DNA from: Actinomycetota bacterium
GTDB lineage: Bacteria > Actinomycetota > CADDZG01 > WHSQ01
Assembly (NCBI GenBank): GCA_050693975.1
Contig: JBOGWV010000177.1
Coordinates: forward strand, 624 to 64,623
DNA: 64,000 bases
Direction: 5' to 3'
The position numbers and the translations under genes were made by a program. The notes beneath the pieces are model-generated. The model had not been told where the DNA came from. It ran no database searches and saw only the letters and a list, made by a program, of their open reading frames with translations. Below, piece by piece: positions 45,369 to 53,188 of this stretch; positions within the stretch are counted from its first letter, which is position 1; every line of letters begins with the position of its first letter.

Positions 45369-46210
45369 TACAACTCGAAGAAGATGCCGCCCTCCCACGG
45401 GAAGATGAAGTTGAATCCGGGCCCCCTGAAGAACATCCCGATGATTGTCAGGACGGCGAAAGTCAGCATGAAGAACGAAAACAGCACGATCGCAAGCTTG
45501 CGATCGTCGGGTCGCGTCGACGGGTTGCGGTCGATGTAGGGCGCCGCGAACAGGGCGATGATGATCACGGTCGGGATCGTGACTCCGGCGACCTGCGGGT
45601 GGAAGTAACGCAGTAGCTCCTGCAAGCCGAGGAAATACCACGGCGCCTTCGATGGGTTGGGGGTCTGATTGAAGTTGCTGAGGTCGCGCAGCGGAGCGTC
45701 GACCATCACCGAGAAGATCGTCAGCAGTCCCATCACGACCAGCAGCGACACCATCTCGGCGGCCATCAGGTGAGGCCACACGTTGACGCGGTCCATCGGC
45801 TGGCGCTCGACCTTCTGGATGGCTTCGGGCTTTACCACCGCTAGCAGGCGCTGCACGCGCTCCGGGACCGCCGCGCTGCCGTTGCCGACGGCCCGCTTGG
45901 CCGGCGCGCCGGTGCTCGGCTTGGCGGCCGGCCTGGCCGCAGGCTTTGACGCAGTGGCGGCCGCAGCAGGCTCGGCCTCGGCCTTCGCCGCGGGCTCGGC
46001 CTCGGCCTTCGCCGGTTCGGCCGCCGCGCTTGCATCGGGGTGGCCGGGAGGAGGTGGGGCCGTGGACGGGTCCGGCTTGCTCGGGTTCTTGGAGCCGCGC
46101 TGCGCCCGTACCCGGGCGGCCTTGGCTCGGGCCTGCGCGACGGCCGGCGAGGAGCCCTTGCCGGTCTCCTCGGCCAGTACCTGCTCGTATACCTCGTCTG
46201 GCGTAGGCAT
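45368..46210 (-). CDS. Cytochrome b C-terminal-domain protein (b6f subunit IV-like) with a long A/P/E/K-rich N-terminal extension
   Basis: The C-terminal 150 aa carries PNPSKAPWYFLGLQELLRY, the PEWY-type Qo motif, and three TMs. The N-terminal ~125 aa is low complexity. Confidence 0.8.
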   Translation of the reverse strand: MPTPDEVYEQVLAEETGKGSSPAVAQARAKAARVRAQRGSKNPSKPDPSTAPPPPGHPDASAAAEPAKAEAEPAAKAEAEPAAAATASKPAARPAAKPSTGAPAKRAVGNGSAAVPERVQRLLAVVKPEAIQKVERQPMDRVNVWPHLMAAEMVSLLVVMGLLTIFSVMVDAPLRDLSNFNQTPNPSKAPWYFLGLQELLRYFHPQVAGVTIPTVIIIALFAAPYIDRNPSTRPDDRKLAIVLFSFFMLTFAVLTIIGMFFRGPGFNFIFPWEGGIFFEL

Positions 46211-46227
46211 AGCTAAAGCTCTCGCCC

Positions 46228-46992
46228 CTACAGCGGGCCCGAGATTCCCCCGTCCTTTCTGACTCTCCAGAAGTGAATCGAAATGAAGATCACGATGATG
46301 AAGGGCAGGAACAACACATGCAGTGTGTACCAGCGCAACAGCGTCTCGGGCCCGATGACGGGACCCCCGAGTAACGCGAACTGCACCTGATCACCCACCA
46401 CCGGCGAGTTTTTCATCATCTCGGTACCGACCGTGACCGCCCACACGGCGAGTTGGTCCCAGGGGAGAAGGTAGCCGGTGAACGCCAGCAGCAGGGTCAG
46501 CAGCAGAAGGACCACACCTACGATCCAGTTGAACTCGCGCGGTGGCTTGTAGGCGCCGGTGTAAAAGACGCGCGCCATGTGGAGGAACACGCTGATCACC
46601 ATCAAGTGCGCGCCCCAACGATGCAGGTTCCGCACAAGCAATCCGAAGCTCACCTGAGTGTGGAGCCGCTGCATGTCCTGGTACACGATCTCGACCGACG
46701 GCCGGTAGAAGAACATCAGATAGATACCGGTGATGGTCAGCAGGATGAACAAGAAGAAGGTCAGTCCCCCGAGACACAGCGTGTAGCTGAGCTTGATGCC
46801 GTGGCGCTTTACCTTGACGGGGTGCAGGTGGTAGAGCAGCGAGTTCATGATGACGTAGGCGCGATTGCGCGGCGAGTCCGCGTAGCCACGCCGGAAGATC
46901 GAGCCCGGCCGGAACATGGACCGCCACAGCTGACCGTTATGAAGCTGATCGACGCGCTCCGCCAATCTAAGTCGGCCAGAAGCCTTCGCCAC
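46228..46992 (-). CDS. qcrB: Cytochrome b6-type (N-terminal four-helix) cytochrome b
   Basis: The expected haem-ligand His positions appear in LVRNLHRWGAHLMVISVFLHMARVF and YTLHVLFLPFIIVIFISIHF. Also FTGYLLPWDQ. At 254 aa it is split from the C-terminal domain. Confidence 0.9.
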   Translation of the reverse strand: MAKASGRLRLAERVDQLHNGQLWRSMFRPGSIFRRGYADSPRNRAYVIMNSLLYHLHPVKVKRHGIKLSYTLCLGGLTFFLFILLTITGIYLMFFYRPSVEIVYQDMQRLHTQVSFGLLVRNLHRWGAHLMVISVFLHMARVFYTGAYKPPREFNWIVGVVLLLLTLLLAFTGYLLPWDQLAVWAVTVGTEMMKNSPVVGDQVQFALLGGPVIGPETLLRWYTLHVLFLPFIIVIFISIHFWRVRKDGGISGPL

Positions 46993-47010
46993 TAATCAAC
47001 CTCTCCTTCG

Positions 47011-47430
47011 CTAGGAAGCCTTTTGACTCTTGTCTACCGTGCCCATTGCCCGGGCGCCGCGCCGCTTCTTTCCACCGGTGACCTCGGACTGGACGAGCGC
47101 GCCGGTGGGGCAGCGCTCGACGCATAGGTTGCAGCGTGTGCATGCGTTGTCGTCGATCAGAAAAAGGATGTCGCTGCCGCTCATCTGCCGGGAGAGCTCT
47201 ACGTTGCCGGACTCCTCGACGGCCAGCGGGTCGACCATGAAGATGCAGTACCAGGGACAGATGTCAACGCAGCCCTCGCACAGGATGCACTGTTCGGGAA
47301 TGAAGTCGATGAAGCGCTTGGGCTTCACCGCACCCTTGAGCCAGTCGGAATCCACCAGTTGCATCTCGTAGTCGGTGCGAAAGATGGGCTTCTCGATGAT
47401 CTCCATCGGTTTCGGTTCCGGTTCCGGCAT
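47011..47430 (-). CDS. 2x[4Fe-4S] ferredoxin-domain protein encoded directly upstream of cytochrome b
   Basis: Two complete CxxCxxCxxxCP motifs: CILCEGCVDICP and CTRCNLCVERCP. Confidence 0.8.
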   Translation of the reverse strand: MPEPEPKPMEIIEKPIFRTDYEMQLVDSDWLKGAVKPKRFIDFIPEQCILCEGCVDICPWYCIFMVDPLAVEESGNVELSRQMSGSDILFLIDDNACTRCNLCVERCPTGALVQSEVTGGKKRRGARAMGTVDKSQKAS

Positions 47431-47468
47431 GGCTCACACCTCCTTGGTTGGTCGTAATCGGGTCGGCC

Positions 47469-47840
47469 TCATTTGCCCGACATGTAGCCCTTCACGGTAT
47501 CGGTGAGGCCCTTGGCCCCCGTCCGCTTGCGCTTGCGTTCTTGCCAGATGTAAGCCGCGACCAAGGCAATCGTGAGTAAGCCCATCTGGACCGCGTTGGC
47601 CACTACGTCGCGCAGTATTGCGATCTGCTTGGTATTCAGGCCCTCGGAGGCAACGCCCGGGATCTTGGTGGAGAAGTCGATGATCTCTGCGATGTACTGG
47701 TCGGCGTAATAAATGATCAGCGACGGCAACTGGCCGAGCAAAAGGATAGCGAGAACCCAAATCACCGATCCCAGAACGATGGCCTTCGCCCAGCTCATGG
47801 GTTTGTCGGTGTGCTTATAGATGCGTGCCGTGATTGCCAT
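47469..47840 (-). CDS. Hypothetical 2-TM membrane protein, first gene of the Rieske/cyt b cluster
   Basis: 123-aa ORF with two clear hydrophobic helices and a basic C-terminal tail (ERKRKRTGAKG). Confidence 0.6.
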   Translation of the reverse strand: MAITARIYKHTDKPMSWAKAIVLGSVIWVLAILLLGQLPSLIIYYADQYIAEIIDFSTKIPGVASEGLNTKQIAILRDVVANAVQMGLLTIALVAAYIWQERKRKRTGAKGLTDTVKGYMSGK

Positions 47841-47870
47841 GCGAGCGTCATATTAGCAACGAAACGCGCG

Positions 47871-47882
47871 CTCAACGTTGAG
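47871..47882. promoter_or_regulatory. Perfect 12-bp palindrome CTCAACGTTGAG in the upstream region of the Rieske/cyt b cluster
   Basis: Lies 31-42 nt upstream of the ATG at 47840. A TAATAT hexamer (minus strand) ends 9 nt before that ATG. Confidence 0.3.
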
Positions 47883-47976
47883 TGAAAGACCAGGAAAGCC
47901 GCCGAGGCAGTTGTGAAATTGTGCTTTTGACCTGCGACTTCGCGGCCAGACACGAGATATGCGTCGCGCGAGATCA

Positions 47977-48117
47977 CTAACCCCGCTCTTCGGTCTCCCC
48001 GAGATCGTGAAGTCGTTTGATCAGGCGCCGCCGGCGCGCGCTCATGGACAACAGGTATCCGGCTATTCCCACCCCCACCGCCAGAAACGCCACGATCATC
48101 CAGCCGGTGGTGTTCAC
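47977..48117 (-). CDS. ccmD: CcmD-like haem exporter small subunit (46 aa), hidden inside a longer spurious ORF
   Basis: GTG overlaps the ccmC TGA (GTGA). Translation VNTTGWMIVAFLAVGVGIAGYLLSMSARRRRLIKRLHDLGETEERG, a single TM followed by a basic stretch. Confidence 0.5.
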   Translation of the reverse strand: MNTTGWMIVAFLAVGVGIAGYLLSMSARRRRLIKRLHDLGETEERG

Positions 48118-48884
48118 CGGTCGTTTGTTCTGCGGTCCGGCCGAGCCCGCCCCGCGCCTTGTGCCGTCGAGCGAGCCGCTACCAGGTCCTGCAGTCGTCC
48201 CAGCCTGACTCGGACGGCCAGCAGCCAGGCGAACAGGAGCGTGAAGGCGCCGAGCGCCACGAAGAAGGTGGCCAGCTCGGGAGCCTCGAAGCCCGAGTTG
48301 TTGACCGGGTCGGCGACGGTGGGCCCCAGGGGGTGGAGCGTGCGCCACCAGTTGACCGAGTAATGGACTATCGGGACGTTGATGAACCCGATGATTCCCA
48401 CGACCGCGGCCAATCGCCCGCTGCGGGACGGATCCGTGGTCAAGCCTCTGAGAAAGAGGTAGCCGACGTAGACGAGCCACAGCACCAGGGTCGAGGTCAG
48501 GCGGGCATCCCACTGCCACCAGGTGCCCCAGATGGGCCTTGCCCAGATCGGCCCGGTGACCAGAACGAGGCTGGTGAACACCACGCCGATCTCCGCGGCC
48601 GAGTGCGCCAAGAGGTCCCAGCGGCGGTTGTTTGTCCGCAGGAAGGCGATCGAGCACACGAAGACGATGGCGAACGAGAGGTAGGCGAGCCACGCCGATG
48701 GTACGTGGACGTAGAAGATCTTTTGGATGGGTCCGTTGAAGTCGTCCACGCGGGCCACGAAGAACATCATCGCCAGAGCGATGACGATCGAGATCCAGGC
48801 CGCGATCCCGAGGGTCTTCAGGCTGCCGGGGGGCGGCTCCCAGGAGGTGATTCGAGGCGGCGCGGAGGTGTCGGTCAGGCTCAC
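48114..48884 (-). CDS. ccmC: Haem exporter protein CcmC
   Basis: Trp-rich signature WGTWWQWDARLTS and conserved His residues in the flanking loops. The C-terminal tail is encoded by a copy of the dispersed repeat. Confidence 0.9.
   Translation of the reverse strand: MSLTDTSAPPRITSWEPPPGSLKTLGIAAWISIVIALAMMFFVARVDDFNGPIQKIFYVHVPSAWLAYLSFAIVFVCSIAFLRTNNRRWDLLAHSAAEIGVVFTSLVLVTGPIWARPIWGTWWQWDARLTSTLVLWLVYVGYLFLRGLTTDPSRSGRLAAVVGIIGFINVPIVHYSVNWWRTLHPLGPTVADPVNNSGFEAPELATFFVALGAFTLLFAWLLAVRVRLGRLQDLVAARSTAQGAGRARPDRRTNDR
48127..48156. repeat. Single copy of the dispersed repeat (minus-strand orientation), 30/30 identical to hemA unit 2
   Basis: The reverse complement of 48127-48156 is cgcggggcgggctcggccggaccgcagaac, identical to 35849-35878. 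Confidence 0.9.
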
Positions 48885-48918
48885 GCCCTCAGACTACCCA
48901 CCGATTTCCGCAACGGGT

Positions 48919-50082
48919 TCAGTCGCTTTGGATCAGGCGGCCCAGCTCGAAGTGCATGGGGTCGGGGCGAGACCAGGATCCACCCCAGATGAAGCCCCAC
49001 CGCTCGAAGATCTCGACGATGCTGGCGTCCATGTCGCCGCGACTGCCGAGCTGGTTCGTGGAGACGTTCAGGTCGATGGCGAGGCCGAAGGCGTGCATCG
49101 ACAGGGGAAGTTCGGGGTTCCGATCTATGAAGCGAGGCACGTAGCAACCGCCGTAGTCGTCGGGCCGAAGCAAAGACGAGAGGCCCTCGGCCTCGATCTC
49201 GGCGAGCGCGGCCTCGAGCTGGGGAAGCAGCAGGCGGTGACAGCTCACCTCGCCCACGATGGGCACGGTCGTGGTCGCGATGTTCGTCTCGATCCATCTC
49301 TGTGAGGGCTTGATGAAGCCGTCATCGAGGATCTTGAAGTTCATGGTGCCGATCAATCCGCCCTCCGCGTTGCCCTGTTCGCTGACGCCGGTACGCGGAC
49401 CGGGGTTGGAGATGAGGTCCGGAGGAAGCAGCGGGATCAACTCGGCGTCGGGCATGCGCTCGGTGAGCTCCGTACCCAGGGCATCGACCGACGTCCCGGG
49501 TTTCGCTCCCACGGTGATCACCTGGCGGCCCGACAGCTCCAGCTGCTGGCCGATGCTGATGTCAACCACCACGTCGGCGATGTTGGGCGTCCCGTTCTCC
49601 GCGAAGGCTCCGATCTCGAGCTCCCGCCCACCCTCGAGTCCGATGGAGCCGCCCCCGTCGATGCCCAGCTTCTCCGCGGCGTCGTAGGTCAGCACGCTCT
49701 CTCCGCTGAGCAAGGACGTCCACACGAACTCCGCCTCGCCCGTGACCTCGGGAGCGACGGAGCGGTATTCGAGGGCGTCCACGGCGGCGACTCGCAACAC
49801 AACGGTCCCCTCGGGGCCGGTGACCCTCATCCTGGTGACCGAAGCCGGGACCACCGTGGTTACCCCCGGAGTCCTCTCGAGTTCCGCCACGGACTCGGGC
49901 GTTGCCTCCGACTTGGGGGCGACGAGATAGGCCGGCGTAGCTTCGAGGGGCTCGGGAAGTGAGATCCCACCCTCGGCCGCGGCTCGAGCGAGCAGGCTCT
50001 CGCCCGCGGGCGCGCCGTCATCCTCGCCGCAGGCTGCTGCGGCGAGTGAGAGCACGATGATCAGGCCTAGGAGTTTTCTCAT
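48919..50082 (-). CDS. Lipoprotein with a C-terminal M15 (VanY/D-Ala-D-Ala carboxypeptidase-like) metallopeptidase domain
   Basis: Lipobox LAAAA-C. The C-terminal region shows HAFGLAIDLN (H-x6-D), WGFIWGGSW and DPMHFE zinc-site motifs. Confidence 0.75.
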   Translation of the reverse strand: MRKLLGLIIVLSLAAAACGEDDGAPAGESLLARAAAEGGISLPEPLEATPAYLVAPKSEATPESVAELERTPGVTTVVPASVTRMRVTGPEGTVVLRVAAVDALEYRSVAPEVTGEAEFVWTSLLSGESVLTYDAAEKLGIDGGGSIGLEGGRELEIGAFAENGTPNIADVVVDISIGQQLELSGRQVITVGAKPGTSVDALGTELTERMPDAELIPLLPPDLISNPGPRTGVSEQGNAEGGLIGTMNFKILDDGFIKPSQRWIETNIATTTVPIVGEVSCHRLLLPQLEAALAEIEAEGLSSLLRPDDYGGCYVPRFIDRNPELPLSMHAFGLAIDLNVSTNQLGSRGDMDASIVEIFERWGFIWGGSWSRPDPMHFELGRLIQSD

Positions 50083-50158
50083 GGTGTCGAACTGTGAAGT
50101 CGGTTGTTGAGACGCACGGCTGAAGCCGCGGGTTGCTTTTTGGTCCGCCTAAGGACCT

Positions 50159-50920
50159 CTAGTCGATTGCAAATTCGAAGGTCAATGCCCCTACCGTAAC
50201 GAAGACCAGATCAAACACGATCAGGACCCCGAACCACCCTCTGGCCGCCACCTGGTCCAGTCCACCGCCGATGAACAGATCAGAGGTCAACTCTACCGCT
50301 GCGATGAAGACCGGCACCAGTGCCGGCAATGCCAGTATGGGAAGCATGAGCTCACGGCTGCGCGTCTGCGCAGCCAGCGATGCGAACAGCGTGCCGACGG
50401 CGACGAAGCCCAGGTCCACAAGGGCGATCACGAGCGCAAGCACCCACCAGCCACCTCCGAGACCGAGCGAGAAGAACAGGGCAAACACTAAGACGAGCAT
50501 CACCTGCACCACCGCGATGTAGACGAGGTTGCCGATCGCTTTGGCGGCGAACAGACCCGACCTGTCGAGCGGGACCAGGAGGAGCGCGTCCAGTGCGTCC
50601 TCGTCGCGTTCGACCTCGAAGGTCCTGGCGAAGCCGATCAGTCCCGCGAACAGCACGGTGATCCACAGGAATCCGGAGATGACGTCGGCGAGCGCCACCG
50701 TGCCTGCGGGAGTGTCGACGGCGTCTTGCAGGCGCGTGTCGCCGGGGAGCGAGAACGCGAGCAAGAGCGCGACCGTCAGACAAAACGCGAGCATCGGCGG
50801 GAGCGTGTCGCGACCGCGCGCCTCGACGATCAGGTCCTTGCGAATGAGAAGGATGGTCTTCCCGAAGAAACCGCGTTCCCGAAGGGCCCGGCCTTCGGAT
50901 CGCCGGACGAACGCGGCCAT
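50159..50920 (-). CDS. ccmB: Haem exporter permease CcmB
   Basis: Six-TM CcmB-type profile (LIRKDLIVEARGRD...). The start shares 1 nt with the ccmA stop. Confidence 0.85.
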   Translation of the reverse strand: MAAFVRRSEGRALRERGFFGKTILLIRKDLIVEARGRDTLPPMLAFCLTVALLLAFSLPGDTRLQDAVDTPAGTVALADVISGFLWITVLFAGLIGFARTFEVERDEDALDALLLVPLDRSGLFAAKAIGNLVYIAVVQVMLVLVFALFFSLGLGGGWWVLALVIALVDLGFVAVGTLFASLAAQTRSRELMLPILALPALVPVFIAAVELTSDLFIGGGLDQVAARGWFGVLIVFDLVFVTVGALTFEFAID

Positions 50921-51600
50921 CAGTTGTCCTCTTTGATGGTTGAGGCCACCTCGTAGCCGGTCGCGGTTCGTCGCCGGTAGCTGACTACGCGTCCGCGCTG
51001 CACGATGATTCCGGCGTCGGCGAACGCTTTCACGCGCTTCGCGCCGTGCGTCGCGATGATGGCGGCGCGCCCCGGAGCGCGCCAGGACTTGATGGTGTCG
51101 GACACACGCGCGCTCGCGTCGTCATCCAGGTTGGCATAGGGCTCGTCGAGGAGCAGCACGTCGGGCTCGTGCAGGATGGCCCGCGCCACCGACACCCGGC
51201 GCTTGAGCCCCGCCGACAGGTCGCCGACAAGCGTGTGGGATCGATCGGTCATGTCCAGTTGCTCGAGCACCATGGGCGTACGCGCGGCCGGAGCCCCGTA
51301 GAGCTCGGCGAAAAGCCTCAGGTTCTCGATGACCGAAAGACGCCCGTAGAGGCCGGAGTTGTGTCCCGAGTAGCCGATGCGACGTCGGATCGATTCGTCG
51401 GACGAGCGAATCTCGGAGCTCCCGAGGAGAGCGGTCCCGGTTGCGGGTCGCAGGAGACCTGCCAGGACTCGCAGCAGTGTCGACTTCCCCGCGCCGTTCG
51501 GGCCGAACAGCCCCGTGACGCCCTCGTACAGCGTTAGGTCCAAGGGATGCAGCGCGGTGGTCGAGCCGTAAGTGACCGAGAGTTTTCGGAGCTCAATCAA
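50920..51600 (-). CDS. ccmA: Haem exporter ABC ATPase CcmA
   Basis: TTG start overlapping the upstream TGA (TTGA). Walker A GPNGAGKST, signature LSAGLKRR, Walker B LLLDEP. Confidence 0.9.
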   Translation of the reverse strand: MIELRKLSVTYGSTTALHPLDLTLYEGVTGLFGPNGAGKSTLLRVLAGLLRPATGTALLGSSEIRSSDESIRRRIGYSGHNSGLYGRLSVIENLRLFAELYGAPAARTPMVLEQLDMTDRSHTLVGDLSAGLKRRVSVARAILHEPDVLLLDEPYANLDDDASARVSDTIKSWRAPGRAAIIATHGAKRVKAFADAGIIVQRGRVVSYRRRTATGYEVASTIKEDN

Positions 51601-52787
51601 GGAGCGGGCTCCGGGGACCTCAGCTCGGCGAGCCTTCGCTTCAGTGCAGCGCGCTTCGTCTTCCAGTCCTTTTCGGTGAGTCTTCCTCCTCGGTGCTCGA
51701 GGTCCAGCGCTGCGATCGCCACCAACAGATCGTCGCGCGTCTCCGAGGACGATTGGGGTTTGGGGGCCGGAGCCGTCGAGGCGGACGAGCGGCGACGTGC
51801 CAGCGCAAAGGCGACGAGAGCCGCGAGCGCTACGGCGGCCGCGATGGCGCCGCCTACGAGCGCGGGGTCGCCGCCCCCCTCGGCGGTGGCGAGAATCTGG
51901 ATGGCGTTGCCCTCTGTGATCGTGTCCTCGCTGTGATAGCGCGCGTAGTTCGTCCCCTCGATTTCGGCCACCCCGTCTTCGACCAGGTCGGGGGACTCGA
52001 TCGTGAAGGGCGGTTCGGCGAAGACGTTGAGGTTGAGGGTCGGGTAGAGCGCGCGCCGGCCGAGGTCGACCTGTCCCGTGTTCACCCGCAGGGTGTAGGC
52101 GAAGGTGATGTTGGTCTCGTCCGGAGGCACCGCGCTGGTGATGCCGATACCGGTCTCCGTGTCGAGCAACTCCGGGATGTCGAGGTCGGAGTCGGCGATC
52201 TGCACGCCTTCGCGGCGCGCCTCTTCGGGGAACGAGAAAGACAACGTCGGTACGGGCTGATCCCGGCTTGGTCCACCTCCGCGACCGATGTAAGCCTCGC
52301 GGCTAACGTTAACGATCCTGAAGGAGTGAACGACGCTGACGCCTTCTTCACCCTTCAGCAGGAACATGCTGTCGTCTTGGATCACGATGGCGCGTGGGTC
52401 GGTCGTGGTGTTGAAGACCTTCTGCGTGACCTCGATGACGTCGTCGCTCGCGGGGATGGTCACCGCGCCTCCCGGAAAGTCACCACCCTGGTAGTGGAAG
52501 TCGAGCGTGTAAACGCGCTCTTCACCCGCCGCCAGCTCCCGGAACTCGAAGCGGCCCTTGTCGTCGGTCGTGGCGGTGCTCTCGGTCTCTTGTTCGAAGC
52601 TTCCGTCGTCCAGCCGAGTGCCGCCGAGAAGCCTGACCTTGACCCCGCCCTGGGGCTCGTTCGTCGTTCCGTTGGTCACGACTCCCTTGATTACGCCGCC
52701 GGGCGCCGCCTCGGCAGTGGGGACGAGGACCGCGAGCGCCAGCGCGACGAAACCGAACGCGACAGCCCGAGCGGCTAGTTGCCGCAC
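51597..52787 (-). CDS. Secreted CarboxypepD_reg-like domain protein with a C-terminal TM and a CcmI-like cytoplasmic helix
   Basis: Signal peptide ...PTAEA/AP. Beta-sandwich start GVIKGVVTNGTTNEPQGGVKVRLLG...DDKGRFEF. C-terminal TM, then DDLLVAIAALDLEHRGGRLTEKDWKTKRAALKRRLAEL. Confidence 0.6.
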   Translation of the reverse strand: MRQLAARAVAFGFVALALAVLVPTAEAAPGGVIKGVVTNGTTNEPQGGVKVRLLGGTRLDDGSFEQETESTATTDDKGRFEFRELAAGEERVYTLDFHYQGGDFPGGAVTIPASDDVIEVTQKVFNTTTDPRAIVIQDDSMFLLKGEEGVSVVHSFRIVNVSREAYIGRGGGPSRDQPVPTLSFSFPEEARREGVQIADSDLDIPELLDTETGIGITSAVPPDETNITFAYTLRVNTGQVDLGRRALYPTLNLNVFAEPPFTIESPDLVEDGVAEIEGTNYARYHSEDTITEGNAIQILATAEGGGDPALVGGAIAAAVALAALVAFALARRRSSASTAPAPKPQSSSETRDDLLVAIAALDLEHRGGRLTEKDWKTKRAALKRRLAELRSPEPAP

Positions 52788-53188
52788 TGCTCGCAGGCTT
52801 CGCCCGGGGTGCGAGCCGCGCCGCAGTTCGGGCAGCTCAGCCGCTCCCTGAGCGCGGCGATCTCGAGCTCGAGTTCGTCGTCCGATTCGGGTTCCTGAGA
52901 CGGTCGTTCGGCGGAGTCGCGCAGAGCGTCGGCGGCACGCAGCGCGGTTAGGGCTTGGGCCTCGTACTCGGCCTTCAGCGCGTCGAAATCCGCCTGCGAC
53001 ATCTTTCCAACCGCGCGCTCGTTCTCGATGTCAACGATGGCCACCAGTGCGGCGCGTTTGTCAGCGACCGCCTCCTCGAGCTCGCGGGCAGGCTCGGGTG
53101 CATCGACGGTGTGACCCCTCCGCAGCGGCAGCGTCACCCACGCGAGCACCCCCAGCGCAACGGCCGCCACCAGCAGCGCCGGGATCAC
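52775..53188 (-). CDS. CcmI-like N-terminal module (TM plus helical segment) ending in a CxxC-x9-CxxC zinc ribbon
   Basis: GTG start 4 nt after AGGAGGG, overlapping the ccmH TGA (GTGA). Contains KRAALVAIVDIENERAVGKMSQADFDALKAEY and C-terminal CPNCGAARTPGEACEQCG. Confidence 0.5.
   Translation of the reverse strand: MIPALLVAAVALGVLAWVTLPLRRGHTVDAPEPARELEEAVADKRAALVAIVDIENERAVGKMSQADFDALKAEYEAQALTALRAADALRDSAERPSQEPESDDELELEIAALRERLSCPNCGAARTPGEACEQCGN

Noticed and set aside
47905-47925. Rex operator half-site TTGTGAA upstream of the Rieske/cyt b cluster
   Set aside because: The second half-site is absent (TTGTGAAATTGTGC), so it is not a palindromic ROP. It is mentioned only as a weak possibility.
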